Shown: positions 10,024-20,111, counted from the first letter of the stretch. The stretch: 38,013 nucleotides of DNA from Candidatus Nezhaarchaeota archaeon WYZ-LMO8 (GCA_004347965.1 QNVF01000008.1:1-38013); one strand, 5' to 3'. Notes: generated by a model from the letters alone, not told the origin. Made by a program: numbers and translations.

Positions 10024-10821
10024 ATGGAGGTAGAGCTACTAGAGAGAAGGGATAATGAGCTGCGCTTCATAATCAGGAGGGTTAGCACAGCTTTTGTAAA
10101 CTCTCTGAGGAGAGCAGCGATAGCCGAGGTCCCCACCATGGCTATAGAGGACGTGGTCATACTTACGAACTCAACGGTTCTATTCGATGAAATCATAGCT
10201 CATAGGCTGGGCTTAATACCCTTAACAACTCCTAAGGAGGGCTACGTAATGCCTAAGGATTGCGTGTGCCGAGGCTCTGGATGCTCTAAATGCCAAGTGA
10301 GGCTTTACCTAGATGTTAAAGCTGAGTACCCAATGGTGATTTACGCTGAAAGCTTGCTCTCCGATGACCCTAACGTGAGGCCTGTTTACGGCAAAATACC
10401 CATAGTCGAGCTCGAAGAGGGTCAATCACTAGTTCTTGAAGCTTACGCTCAACTGGGACTAGGTAAGGAACATGCTAAGTGGCAGCCTGTATCAGCATGC
10501 GCTTATAAGTACTATCCAAGAATAGATGTTAGAAGCGATCTATGTGATGGATGCGGGAAATGCGTTGAGGCGTGCGCTAAGTCTGTATTGAAGCTAAACG
10601 ACAAAGTTAAGGTGGCTGACATATTAAAGTGCACTTTATGTGGTGACTGCGTGGAGACTTGTCCTAAGGGCGCTATAGAGGTCAATAAGGTTGATGATTC
10701 GTTCATATTCTACTTGGAAACCACAGGAACCATGACTCCCGAAGACGTGATTATTAAGGCCGCCGACGTCCTCATAGACAAGGCTAAGAGGTTTGTGAGG
10801 GCTTTGGAGGAAGCTGCATGA
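10024..10821 (+). CDS. rpoD: RNA polymerase subunit D (Rpo3) with ferredoxin-like domain
   Basis: NSLRRA, DEIIAHRLGLIPL, KEHAKWQP, two CxxCxxCxxxC motifs. Confidence 0.96.
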   Translation: MEVELLERRDNELRFIIRRVSTAFVNSLRRAAIAEVPTMAIEDVVILTNSTVLFDEIIAHRLGLIPLTTPKEGYVMPKDCVCRGSGCSKCQVRLYLDVKAEYPMVIYAESLLSDDPNVRPVYGKIPIVELEEGQSLVLEAYAQLGLGKEHAKWQPVSACAYKYYPRIDVRSDLCDGCGKCVEACAKSVLKLNDKVKVADILKCTLCGDCVETCPKGAIEVNKVDDSFIFYLETTGTMTPEDVIIKAADVLIDKAKRFVRALEEAA

Positions 10822-11180
10822 GGGAGGTAAGGGCTACTAACCCTTTAATTAAGAGGGTCATTGTAACGTTGAGGAGGGCTTATAGGCAACATCACGCCAG
10901 GATATGGAAAGACCTCATCGATAGGATCAATAAGCCGAGGAGAAGGAGAATAGTTGTGAATGTGAGTAGGATAAACAGGTACACGCAGGTCAACGACGTG
11001 ATAGTCGTGCCCGGTAAGGTTCTAGGTGCTGGTGTGATAGATCACCCGGTGACTGTGGCTGCGTTATGGTTCTCGAAGACAGCTAAGGAGAAGATAGAGA
11101 AATCTGGTGGAAGAGCTTTAACTATTGATCAGTTGATAATGGAGAGACCTACTGGTAGCGGCGTCAAGATCGTAGGGTGA
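10818..11180 (+). CDS. rpl18e: 50S ribosomal protein L18e
   Basis: VNVSRINR, VVPGKVLGAG. Confidence 0.96.
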   Translation: MREVRATNPLIKRVIVTLRRAYRQHHARIWKDLIDRINKPRRRRIVVNVSRINRYTQVNDVIVVPGKVLGAGVIDHPVTVAALWFSKTAKEKIEKSGGRALTIDQLIMERPTGSGVKIVG

Positions 11181-11623
11181 TGAAGGTGAGTCAGCAAGTC
11201 GTCGTGGATGCTGAAGGTCAAATACTAGGAAGAATGGCTAGCCTAGTTGCTAAGATGCTTCTCACCGGTCAGAAAGTCGTTATCGTTAATGCAGAGAAAG
11301 CTGTGATCTCGGGCAATAAGCAGTCAATAATTGAGGAGTATAAAGAGAGTGTACTGTCAAAGAAGACTTGGAAGATGCCTGAGAAGGGCCCTAAGAAGTA
11401 TAGGAGACCAGACATGATAGTTAAGAGGGTTATAAGAGGGATGCTTCCCTACAAGCAATGGAAGGGTAGGGTAGCTTATAAGAACTTGAGGGTTTACATG
11501 GGCGTACCTGAGGAATATACTAATCAGCCTAAGGTGAAGTTCCCTGAAGCCGATGTTTCACGACTTGCGGGAAGATACATAACTGTTGGCGAGTTGGCTA
11601 AGGAGGTCGGGTGGAAGTCATGA
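11177..11623 (+). CDS. rpl13: 50S ribosomal protein L13
   Basis: [22 protein letters not shown]. Confidence 0.96.
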   Translation: MMKVSQQVVVDAEGQILGRMASLVAKMLLTGQKVVIVNAEKAVISGNKQSIIEEYKESVLSKKTWKMPEKGPKKYRRPDMIVKRVIRGMLPYKQWKGRVAYKNLRVYMGVPEEYTNQPKVKFPEADVSRLAGRYITVGELAKEVGWKS

Positions 11624-12033
11624 GCGTGGCTCAGAGAATTGTGCTAACAAGTGGTAAGAGGAAGACAGCTATAGCGAGAGCTGTGGTAAAGCCTGGGAAG
11701 GGTAGGGTTTTCATAAATGGAAAGCCTCTCGAAATCTTGGAGCCAGAAGCTGCTCGCTGGAAGATCATGGAGCCGCTATTGATCGTAGGGGGACTTAGGA
11801 ACTTAGTTGACATAGATGTAAGCGTCGAAGGTGGAGGGTTCATGGGTCAAGCGGTTGCATCAAGAATAGCGATAGCTAGAGGGTTAGTTGAGTTCTTTAA
11901 AGAATACCCGGAGGTGAAGAAGATACTTCTAAGCTACGATAGGCACATGCTTGTTGGAGATCCTAGAGAAACTGAGCCTAAGAAGCCCAGGGGTAGATCA
12001 GCGAGAGCTAAGAGGCAGAAAAGCTATAGATAA
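11620..12033 (+). CDS. rps9: 30S ribosomal protein S9
   Basis: [24 protein letters not shown]. Confidence 0.97.
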   Translation: MSVAQRIVLTSGKRKTAIARAVVKPGKGRVFINGKPLEILEPEAARWKIMEPLLIVGGLRNLVDIDVSVEGGGFMGQAVASRIAIARGLVEFFKEYPEVKKILLSYDRHMLVGDPRETEPKKPRGRSARAKRQKSYR

Positions 12034-12047
12034 GTGGAGTGGGGCTC

Positions 12048-12254
12048 ATGGTTATAATACCTGTAAGATGCTTTACTTGTGGTAAGCCTATAGGTCACCT
12101 ATACGAGGAGTTTAAGAGACGAATCGATATGGGAGAGGACCCCAAGGAGGTTCTTGATGACCTGAATGTTAGGAGGTATTGTTGTAGGCGAATGTTGATC
12201 AGCCACATAGACTTAATAGATGAACTACTCAAGTTCAAGAGGATATCAACTTGA
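12048..12254 (+). CDS. rpoN: RNA polymerase subunit N (Rpo10)
   Basis: [19 protein letters not shown]. Confidence 0.97.
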   Translation: MVIIPVRCFTCGKPIGHLYEEFKRRIDMGEDPKEVLDDLNVRRYCCRRMLISHIDLIDELLKFKRIST

Positions 12255-12268
12255 GGTGGGAAAACCTA

Positions 12269-13537
12269 TTGGCTGAAACCATCATTGAGGACGTTTATGC
12301 TAGAAAGATATTTGATAGTCGTGGGAATCCTACAATAGAAGTAGAGGTCGTAACGACTGACGGTTTTGGCAGAGCTTCAGCTCCAGCGGGTGCAAGTACA
12401 GGTATATACGAGGTGGTACCGTTTCCGAAGGGAGGAATTGATGAGGCTGTAAGACTTGTAAATGAGCTAATATGTGAGAAGCTCGTAGGCATGGATTCTG
12501 CTGATCAAAACGCTATAGACTGTCTACTTCATGAGATCGATGGAACTGACAACTTTTCGAGAATAGGGGGAGCTACAGCTCTTGCTATATCTGTAGCTGT
12601 AGCTAAGGCTGCAGCTTCATCACTTGGAGTACCTCTATTTCAACACATAGGAGGAGTATTTGCAGCTGAGATCCCATATCCGCTAGGAAACATCATAGGC
12701 GGAGGAAAGCATGCTGGAGAAAGAGCACCTAACATACAGGAGTTCCTCGTAATTCCAGTGGGTGCCAAGAGCTATTATGAGACATTGGAGGTGTGCTTTA
12801 GGGTTCATCGAGAAGCTGGGAAACTACTTAAAAAAGTTGATAAGTCATTTACTGGAGGTAGAGGGGATGAAGGTGCTTGGGTTGCTAACATCTCTGATGA
12901 CGAGGCTCTTCAAGTCCTCAGTGAGACATGTCGTAGAGTGAGTGATGAAGTTGGATGTAAAATCGTGCTGGGCATAGACGTTGCTTCGTCAAGCTTGTGG
13001 GATCCTGAGAAGAAAGTCTACACTCTAAGGAGAGAGGGGAGAAGTAGGAGTCGGGAGGAGCAGGTAAACTACGTGATTGAAATAGTTGAGAGGTACGACT
13101 TGAGGTATGTGGAGGATCCTCTACATGAAGAGGACTTCGAGGGCTTCAGCTACTTAGTGGAGACTTTAGGTCGTAAGGCTCTCATATGTGGCGACGACTT
13201 GTTCGCAACTAACGCTACTAGAGTTGAGAAGGGGCTTAAGCTTAAAGCTGCTAACGCCATAATAATAAAGCCGAATCAAGTTGGGACGCTAACCGATGCC
13301 TACAAGACATTGAGGGTTGCAAGAACAGGTGGATTAGTGCCGGTGGTATCTCATAGGTCAGGAGAAACTGAGGATAGCTTCATAAGCCATCTCGCTGTAG
13401 GACTTAGATGCCCAGTAATCAAGACAGGAGTTCTCGGTGGAGAGAGGATAGTTAAGCACAATGAGCTCATTAGGATTGAAGAGATGTTAGAAAACGTTAA
13501 AAGCATGGCTGAGCTCCCCTCACAGTTGACGCGTTGA
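12269..13537 (+). CDS. eno: Enolase
   Basis: DSRGNPTIEV, IIKPNQVGT, SHRSGETED; TTG start after a GAGGTG SD. Confidence 0.96.
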   Translation: MAETIIEDVYARKIFDSRGNPTIEVEVVTTDGFGRASAPAGASTGIYEVVPFPKGGIDEAVRLVNELICEKLVGMDSADQNAIDCLLHEIDGTDNFSRIGGATALAISVAVAKAAASSLGVPLFQHIGGVFAAEIPYPLGNIIGGGKHAGERAPNIQEFLVIPVGAKSYYETLEVCFRVHREAGKLLKKVDKSFTGGRGDEGAWVANISDDEALQVLSETCRRVSDEVGCKIVLGIDVASSSLWDPEKKVYTLRREGRSRSREEQVNYVIEIVERYDLRYVEDPLHEEDFEGFSYLVETLGRKALICGDDLFATNATRVEKGLKLKAANAIIIKPNQVGTLTDAYKTLRVARTGGLVPVVSHRSGETEDSFISHLAVGLRCPVIKTGVLGGERIVKHNELIRIEEMLENVKSMAELPSQLTR

Positions 13538-13547
13538 GGTGTGTAAC

Positions 13548-14186
13548 GTGGCTGCTCAGCAAAAAGAGCTGTTGATAACGCGAGAAGATTACTTGAAAGC
13601 AGGGGTGCATTTAGGCACTCATATTAAGACGCTTGCTCTCAGGCCCTTCATATACAAGATTAGGCCTGATGGTCTATGCGTCATAGACCTAGCCAAGACC
13701 GATGAGAGGATTAGGATAGCAGCAAAAATGATAGCGAGGTACGATCCCCCCAAGGTCGTGGCGGTCTCGTCTAGGCAGTATGGATTTAAATGTATTGAGA
13801 AGTTCGCGAGCTTAACTGGTGCTGTTGCAATTACGGGACGCTTCGTTCCAGGGACGTTTACTAACCCTAAGCTCCCATTCTACATGGAGCCTGAAATACT
13901 CATAGCCACTGATACGAGGGCGGATGAGCAGGCAATAAACGAAGCAGCGAAGATAGGCATCCCAGTGATAGCGCTCTGCGATACTGATAATGATGCTGCT
14001 TTTGTGGACTTAATCATTCCGGTCAACAATAAGGGGAGAAAGTCGTTAGCACTCATCTACTGGCTCTTGACGCGGCAGGTATTGAGGGAGAGGGGAGCAA
14101 TTCCACCTGATGGTGAGCTACCAGTACCAGTATCAGAGTTTGAACCTAAGCTACCAGCTGAAGAATACGTGTCTGAGGAAAGTTAA
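13548..14186 (+). CDS. rps2: 30S ribosomal protein S2
   Basis: AGVHLGT, GRFVPGTFTNP, IPVNNKGRKSL. Confidence 0.97.
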   Translation: MAAQQKELLITREDYLKAGVHLGTHIKTLALRPFIYKIRPDGLCVIDLAKTDERIRIAAKMIARYDPPKVVAVSSRQYGFKCIEKFASLTGAVAITGRFVPGTFTNPKLPFYMEPEILIATDTRADEQAINEAAKIGIPVIALCDTDNDAAFVDLIIPVNNKGRKSLALIYWLLTRQVLRERGAIPPDGELPVPVSEFEPKLPAEEYVSEES

Positions 14187-14223
14187 AGAGGATACCTTGG
14201 CTATCATCTTTAGGGGTTAGAGC

Positions 14224-15075
14224 TTGAGGAAGGTTAGGTACCCTGCTGTAGCTGGCTTGTTCTATGAGGGGGACAGCAAGACCCTTAAGGAGAGGATAGA
14301 GTGGTGCTTTAAGCATAAGCTTGGTCCAGGCTTACTTCCCTCAGTTAATGAGAAGGGTGAAAGGAGAATCATTGGCTTAGTGTGCCCTCATGCAGGCTAC
14401 ATGTACTCAGGACCTATAGCAGCACACTCCTACTACGAGCTTGCAAAGGATGGTGCCCCCGACGTCGTCGTAATACTGGGTCCAAATCATACTGGACTAG
14501 GGTCTGGAGTCTCCATCGTTGATAGTGGATATTGGAGAACGCCGCTGGGAAACGTTGAGGTTAACAGTGAGGTTGCTAAGGAGATATTGAAGAACAGTGG
14601 AGTAATATCAGTTGATGACCTAGCCCACGTGCAAGAACACTCAATAGAAGTTCAGCTGCCATTCCTACAATATGTATATGGAGATAGGTTCACATTCGTA
14701 CCCGTATGCATGATGCTTCAAATGAAGGACGTATGCATTGAAGTTGGTAGTGCTATTGCAAAGGCTATTGAGAATGAGAACGCCGTCATCATAGCTTCAA
14801 CAGACTTCACGCACTACGAACCTCACGACAAGGCTTCCAGCAAGGATAGTAAGGTCTTGAAAGCAATAGAGACCCTCGACCCAGACCTAATGCTTAAGCT
14901 TGTCGACTCAATACCAGTATCTATGTGCGGTCCAGGTCCTGTAGCCTCAATGCTATATGCTGTAAAGCAGTTAGGAGCTAAGAAAGCCACCATCCTGAAG
15001 TATGCTACCTCAGGTGACGTTACAGGCGATAAGTTCTCAGTCGTCGGCTACGGCTCTGTGAAGATCGAAAAGTGA
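14224..15075 (+). CDS. MEMO1 family protein (AmmeMemoRadiSam protein B)
   Basis: PAVAGLFY, PHAGYMYSG, GPNHTG, EHSIEVQLPFLQ, STDFTHY. Confidence 0.93.
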   Translation: MRKVRYPAVAGLFYEGDSKTLKERIEWCFKHKLGPGLLPSVNEKGERRIIGLVCPHAGYMYSGPIAAHSYYELAKDGAPDVVVILGPNHTGLGSGVSIVDSGYWRTPLGNVEVNSEVAKEILKNSGVISVDDLAHVQEHSIEVQLPFLQYVYGDRFTFVPVCMMLQMKDVCIEVGSAIAKAIENENAVIIASTDFTHYEPHDKASSKDSKVLKAIETLDPDLMLKLVDSIPVSMCGPGPVASMLYAVKQLGAKKATILKYATSGDVTGDKFSVVGYGSVKIEK

Positions 15076-15911
15076 CTACAATGCTCAAGAGTATTTCAGT
15101 AGAAGTCCCGATATGCATTATTGGTCAGTCAATAGCTCAATACAACTACCCCGTGTTATGTTACCTCTCAGAAGATAACAAGCTTTCACTGTCATTCCAT
15201 CAAGGTATTGGGAGGATAAAGATCTGGTGGTCTATTCCTATAACAGCTTACCTTGAAAATAAGCTCTCTAACATCTTGTCCCCTCACTTAAGAGGATTAG
15301 GCTTAGATTTGCACGTTGAAGGCAAGGTCCTACCTCCTATAGATTCATTAATAGCCATTCTTCACGTAGTGCTTAGAGAGGTTGGACGTGAGAGGGCTCT
15401 ATCGCCCTCACATTTGAGGAAGTTAGCGATATCAGAAGAGAGGGCGAGAATAGTCCTTGAAGCCATGAGGGTCAAGGGGCTCATAGCTTATCGTAGAGGT
15501 GAAGGTTTAATGGAGTTGAGGAGGGATTTTCCTTGGAGGGCGTGTCTTTGTATAAAGACTTTCTATAGGTTTAGGTTAGCTGAGTTCAAGAGCTTTGAGG
15601 AGTCGTTTAACGTTGTCCTGCATGCTCTGGGTAGGCTAATAGTCGTAGCTGCACGCTCAATAATTGATGGAGATTTTGAGCTATTTCGTGAGACGCTTAC
15701 AAGGTATAGTAGGCTAAGTTTAGCGGTATCGAATCTCCCACTTACAGTACTTCAGGTTTACGAGAAGCTTTCTCGTATTGAGGGTGTTGCGTGTAAGATT
15801 GATGAGGACTTTAGAGGGTTCATGCTGTTCAGCGAGAAAGAGGTTTCGCTGAATAAGTGCTTAAGTATGGCGAGTAGGATGGGTTTCCAAGTTCTGTCTT
15901 TGAGGGGCTGA
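15072..15911 (+). CDS. Divergent GHMP/mevalonate-kinase-like protein lacking the glycine-rich motifs
   Basis: Occupies the usual mvk position (MEMO1-mvk-ipk-fni); N-terminus resembles Mvk motif I; no PxGxGLGSS. Confidence 0.5.
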   Translation: MTTMLKSISVEVPICIIGQSIAQYNYPVLCYLSEDNKLSLSFHQGIGRIKIWWSIPITAYLENKLSNILSPHLRGLGLDLHVEGKVLPPIDSLIAILHVVLREVGRERALSPSHLRKLAISEERARIVLEAMRVKGLIAYRRGEGLMELRRDFPWRACLCIKTFYRFRLAEFKSFEESFNVVLHALGRLIVVAARSIIDGDFELFRETLTRYSRLSLAVSNLPLTVLQVYEKLSRIEGVACKIDEDFRGFMLFSEKEVSLNKCLSMASRMGFQVLSLRG

Positions 15912-15917
15912 TTCCTC

Positions 15918-16706
15918 ATGACCTTATCAATCGTGAAGTTTGGAGGAAGCGCCATAACTGTAAAGGATGAGCCCTTCACCGTGAGGAGGGGAGCCTTGAG
16001 GAGTATGTGCACTCAGGTTCTCAATCACGTTGAGGGGGGAGGTAAAGTCGTGGTGGTTCATGGTGGAGGGTCATTTGGACACCCTCTAGCTATGACGTAC
16101 AAACTGGGTGAGGGGCTAATCGATAATGAAAGCTACGTGGGGGTATCGTTAACGAGGTTAGCTATGAGAATGTTGAACGAAATAGTAGTTAAGGAGTTCG
16201 TGAAGCTTGGAGGGAGACCTTTTACCATTGAGCCATCATCTTCCTTTATCTTGAAGGGGGGCGGTCTCAAGAGCTACTTCATTAGAAGTGTAGAGGTGGC
16301 ATTAGAGAAGGGCTTTATACCCATTTTGCATGGAGATGTTGTCCTCGATGAAGATCAGCGTGGTATATCAATATTATCAGGTGACGCTATAGCCTCCACC
16401 TTGGCTATGACCCTTAAAGCTGATAAGCTCATCTACGTGTTGGATGTAGATGGAATATACCTTGAAGACCCGAAAAAGAGGCCTAGTGCTGAGCTAATAA
16501 GGTTCTTGAGCGAGACAATGCTGGAAAGGATAAAGAGTACATCTAACGTAGACGTTACGGGAGGGGTTGAGAAGAAGATAAGAGAGGCGTTCAAAGCTTT
16601 TCACGGAGGAGTAAAGGTTGTCTGCTTCATAAATTGGCGTAGAAACAATCTGTTTAAGGCTCTTGAGGGGTTAAGCTTTAAGGGCACGATGATAAGGGAG
16701 GATTGA
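15918..16706 (+). CDS. ipk: Isopentenyl phosphate kinase
   Basis: KFGGSAIT, VHGGGSFGH, SGD, DVTGG; directly upstream of fni. Confidence 0.9.
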   Translation: MTLSIVKFGGSAITVKDEPFTVRRGALRSMCTQVLNHVEGGGKVVVVHGGGSFGHPLAMTYKLGEGLIDNESYVGVSLTRLAMRMLNEIVVKEFVKLGGRPFTIEPSSSFILKGGGLKSYFIRSVEVALEKGFIPILHGDVVLDEDQRGISILSGDAIASTLAMTLKADKLIYVLDVDGIYLEDPKKRPSAELIRFLSETMLERIKSTSNVDVTGGVEKKIREAFKAFHGGVKVVCFINWRRNNLFKALEGLSFKGTMIRED

Positions 16707-16709
16707 GGA

Positions 16710-17816
16710 TTGAGCGATATAAGTGATCGGAAGCTTGAACACGTAGAGATGTGCATAAAGGAAGACGTTGAGATGCACATCAACACAACAGGGTTTGAAG
16801 ACGTGTGGCTAGTTCATCGATGTCTACCAGAAATCGATGTGAGCGACATAAGCCTCGACACCGAGTTTCTCGGCTTTAAGTTGAGAGCTCCATTAATGAT
16901 TTCGGCTATGACTGGAGGGCACCCTAAAACTAAGGAGGTAAACAGCGCATTAGCGGAGGTCGTTGAGGAGCTAGGTATAGCGATGGCTGTAGGTAGCCAG
17001 AGAGCTGCATTAATTGATGAGAGCCTAGCAGATACGTTCGCTGTGGTGCGTAAGAAGGCTCCAACAGCTTACATAGTTGCCAACATAGGTGCAGCTCAGC
17101 TAATAGATCACTTCAACGTAAACAATGTGTACAAGATCATAGAAATGGTGGAGGCCAATGCCCTTAACATACACTTAAACCCAGCACACGAGCTCTCTCA
17201 GATGGGAGGAGACCTCAAGTTTAAGGGGGCTTTAGAAGCTATCAAGAGGATATCAGAAGCTATAGACATCCCCGTGATAGTTAAGGAGACTGGATGCGGG
17301 ATTTCGCGTGAAGATGCTTTAAGGCTCGTCAAGGAGGCTCACGTGAAGGCAATAGATGTAGCTGGAGCTGGAGGCACTAGTTGGTGTAAAGTTGAGGCTC
17401 TTAGAGCAAAGAAACATGGAGATGACTTTAGAGCGAAAATAGCTGAAGCCTTTGCTGAGTGGGGTATACCGACGGCCATAAGCGTTATAGAGGTTAAAAG
17501 TGAAGTTGATGTACCGGTAATAGCATCTGGAGGCATTAGGAGTGGAATAGATTGCGCTAAAGCCATAGCTATAGGAGCTGACATGGTTGGAATAGCTCTA
17601 CCAGCCTTGAGAGCAGTGAGTCAAGGCATAGATGCTCTGAGGAGCTACCTCAACGTTATCATAGAGCAATTAAGAGGAGCAATGTTCCTAACGGGTTCAC
17701 GACACATACGCGACCTCAAAAGAGCAGAGGTAGTGATAATTGGTCGAGTTAGGGAGTGGCTTCAAATGAGAGGAGTGAACGTCAATGAGTACTTAGAGAG
17801 GAGGAGGAAGATGTGA
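16710..17816 (+). CDS. fni: Type 2 isopentenyl-diphosphate delta-isomerase
   Basis: RKLEH, MTGG, GSQRA, HLN, VKETGCG, GGTSW. Confidence 0.96.
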   Translation: MSDISDRKLEHVEMCIKEDVEMHINTTGFEDVWLVHRCLPEIDVSDISLDTEFLGFKLRAPLMISAMTGGHPKTKEVNSALAEVVEELGIAMAVGSQRAALIDESLADTFAVVRKKAPTAYIVANIGAAQLIDHFNVNNVYKIIEMVEANALNIHLNPAHELSQMGGDLKFKGALEAIKRISEAIDIPVIVKETGCGISREDALRLVKEAHVKAIDVAGAGGTSWCKVEALRAKKHGDDFRAKIAEAFAEWGIPTAISVIEVKSEVDVPVIASGGIRSGIDCAKAIAIGADMVGIALPALRAVSQGIDALRSYLNVIIEQLRGAMFLTGSRHIRDLKRAEVVIIGRVREWLQMRGVNVNEYLERRRKM

Positions 17817-19558
17817 CTCTCCTAGATGACGTTATCCAGCTGATAAGGAAGCATGCACTGATAAATGCTTATGAGCATTGTGGAAGAGCAGTTCAGGGAC
17901 CTGTCCTCGGCAAGGTCATCGCTGAAAGGCCTGACCTGAGAAGTCAAGTTAAGAGTCTAGTTAATCTTGTTGCGCAGATAGTTGATGAAGTCAACAGGAT
18001 GAGCATTGAGGAGATTAAGAGAGAGGTTGAGGAGAAGTACCTTGAGACTCTCATAAGGAAGAGAGAGGTTGAGGAGAAGGTCCTACCCCCCCTACCAAAC
18101 GTTGAGAGCTACGACATGGTAGTGACCAGGTTCGCTCCCAATCCTGATGCTCCTCTACACCTAGGTAGCCTAAGACCTTTAATATTGTCTTACGAGTACG
18201 CTAAGATGTACAAAGGAAAGTTCATTTTAAGGTTCGACGATACGGACCCGAAGACTAAGAGACCGATGCCCGAAGCGTATGAGTGGATAGTAGAGGACAT
18301 GAAGTGGCTGGGGATAAGGCCTGATGAAATAGTTTATCAATCTGATAGACTGGAGCTCTACTACGATGTCTGCAAGGATCTTCTAAGGCTTGGAGGAGCA
18401 TACGTATGTACATGCAGCCAAGAGGAGTTTAAGCTGCTTAGAGATGAAGGTAGGCCATGCCCTTGTAGGAATCTAAGCCCTGAAGAGCATCTTGAAAGGT
18501 TTGAGGGAATGCTATCCTCCAAGTATGGAGAGAAGGAGGCTGTAGTTAGAATAAAAACGGACCTTAGCCACCCAGATATGTCGATAAGGGAGTGGGTGGC
18601 CTTCAGGATCATAGACGTTGAGGTGCACCCTCATCCAAGAGTCGGAGACAAGTACTTCGTGTGGCCTACGTACAATTTCGCTTGTGCCGTTGACGATCAT
18701 GTTCTTAAGGTGAGTCACATCTTGAGAGCCAAAGAGCACATAACCAATACCATCAAGCAGAGGTACGTCTTCGACCACATGAAGTGGAAGTTCCCTGAGA
18801 CCATTCACTTTGGTCGCTTAAAGCTCGCAAACATCATACTAAGCAAGTCTCAGATAAGTAAAGGAATTGCAAGGAGAGAGTTCTTGTGGTGGGATGACCC
18901 CCGCCTAGGTACGGTCATGGCTATCAGGAGGAGAGGCATATTACCAGAGACGCTTAAGGAAATAATTCTTCACGTGGGGGTAAAGAGCTCTGAAGCATCT
19001 TTAAGTTGGGAGAACATATACTCGGTAAATCGTAAGTACTTGGACTCGAGGTCTAATAGGTACTTCTGCGTTTTGGATCCAATAGAGATGGTTATTAAGG
19101 GGATCGAGAGAGGTTATGTAGCAAAACCTCTCCTCCATCCAGACTTCCCTGAGAGAGGCTATAGAGAGATTAGGGTTGAGACAAAAGGGGGAGAGGTCAA
19201 GGTTTACCTCTCTAAGAGGGATCTTGAGCTCCTCAAGCGAAAGCCCCTCATTAGGTTAATGTCGCTCTTCAATGTTCAAATAGAAAGCATTGAGGAGGAG
19301 ATGATAGTCGGACTATACAAAGGGGAGAGCATTGAAGATGCCTTGGTACATAAAGCTCCGATTATTCAGTGGGTTCCTATCGATGAGAAAGTTGATGTTG
19401 AGATAGTTATGCCAGATGCAAGCATAGCTAGTGGATTTGCGGAGAGGAGCCTTGAGTCGTTGGACGTTGGCTCTATAGTTCAGCTTGTACGAGTAGGATT
19501 TGCAAGGTTAGACTGTAAGAGAGAGGGAAAGCTGAAATTCTACTTTACACACGATTAG
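17813..19558 (+). CDS. gltX: Glutamate--tRNA ligase
   Basis: RFAPNP, HLGS (HIGH-like), RFDDTDP, LSKS (KMSKS-like), WDDPRL. Confidence 0.96.
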   Translation: MTLLDDVIQLIRKHALINAYEHCGRAVQGPVLGKVIAERPDLRSQVKSLVNLVAQIVDEVNRMSIEEIKREVEEKYLETLIRKREVEEKVLPPLPNVESYDMVVTRFAPNPDAPLHLGSLRPLILSYEYAKMYKGKFILRFDDTDPKTKRPMPEAYEWIVEDMKWLGIRPDEIVYQSDRLELYYDVCKDLLRLGGAYVCTCSQEEFKLLRDEGRPCPCRNLSPEEHLERFEGMLSSKYGEKEAVVRIKTDLSHPDMSIREWVAFRIIDVEVHPHPRVGDKYFVWPTYNFACAVDDHVLKVSHILRAKEHITNTIKQRYVFDHMKWKFPETIHFGRLKLANIILSKSQISKGIARREFLWWDDPRLGTVMAIRRRGILPETLKEIILHVGVKSSEASLSWENIYSVNRKYLDSRSNRYFCVLDPIEMVIKGIERGYVAKPLLHPDFPERGYREIRVETKGGEVKVYLSKRDLELLKRKPLIRLMSLFNVQIESIEEEMIVGLYKGESIEDALVHKAPIIQWVPIDEKVDVEIVMPDASIASGFAERSLESLDVGSIVQLVRVGFARLDCKREGKLKFYFTHD

Positions 19559-19611
19559 TATAAGCTGATTAAAGTTTATAATGCAGTCTCCAGCAATTAA
19601 GAGGTACTTAA

Positions 19612-19644
19612 CCCATGAATCGATGACGTAGAAAGGAGGTGAGG
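19612..19644 (+). promoter_or_regulatory. Tandem kink-turn/k-loop in the L7Ae 5' leader covering the SD
   Basis: CC-CAU-GA-AUC-GAU-GA-C(loop)G-GA-GGU-GA-GG; includes GGAGGUGA; TATA-like TTTATAA near 19575. Confidence 0.7.
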
Positions 19645-19649
19645 GATTA

Positions 19650-20111
19650 ATGCCTAAGCCAAGCTATGTTAGATTTGAAGTACCACCAGATCTGGCTGAG
19701 AAGGCTTATGAAGCCTTAAAGATCGCTAGAGAAACTGGTAAGATAAAGAAGGGAACGAATGAGGCCACTAAAGCTGTTGAGAGAGGACTTGCGAAGCTAG
19801 TGTTGATAGCTGAGGACGTTGATCCTCCAGAGGTTGTAATGCACTTACCGCTGCTATGCGAGGAGAGAAAGATACCCTACATCTACGTGCCAAGTAAAGA
19901 GAAGCTTGGACAAGCTGCTGGAATCGAGGTTAAGGCGGCGTCAGCTGCAATAATCGAGGTTGGTCAAGCGAAGGAGGTCGTTGATGAGATAATAGCTAAA
20001 GTCAACGAGATAAAGGCCAAGGCTGGTTTGCCCACTGCACCTGCACCTACTCCTACGGTGGCAGAAGAAAAACCAGCTAAGAAAGAGGTTAAGAGAGAAA
20101 AGAAGAAGTGA
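19650..20111 (+). CDS. rpl7ae: 50S ribosomal protein L7Ae with a Pro/Ala/Lys-rich C-terminal tail
   Basis: [25 protein letters not shown]. Confidence 0.97.
   Translation: MPKPSYVRFEVPPDLAEKAYEALKIARETGKIKKGTNEATKAVERGLAKLVLIAEDVDPPEVVMHLPLLCEERKIPYIYVPSKEKLGQAAGIEVKAASAAIIEVGQAKEVVDEIIAKVNEIKAKAGLPTAPAPTPTVAEEKPAKKEVKREKKK

Noticed and set aside
10500..10690. Ferredoxin-like domain in RpoD
   Set aside because: A known feature of many archaeal Rpo3 subunits.
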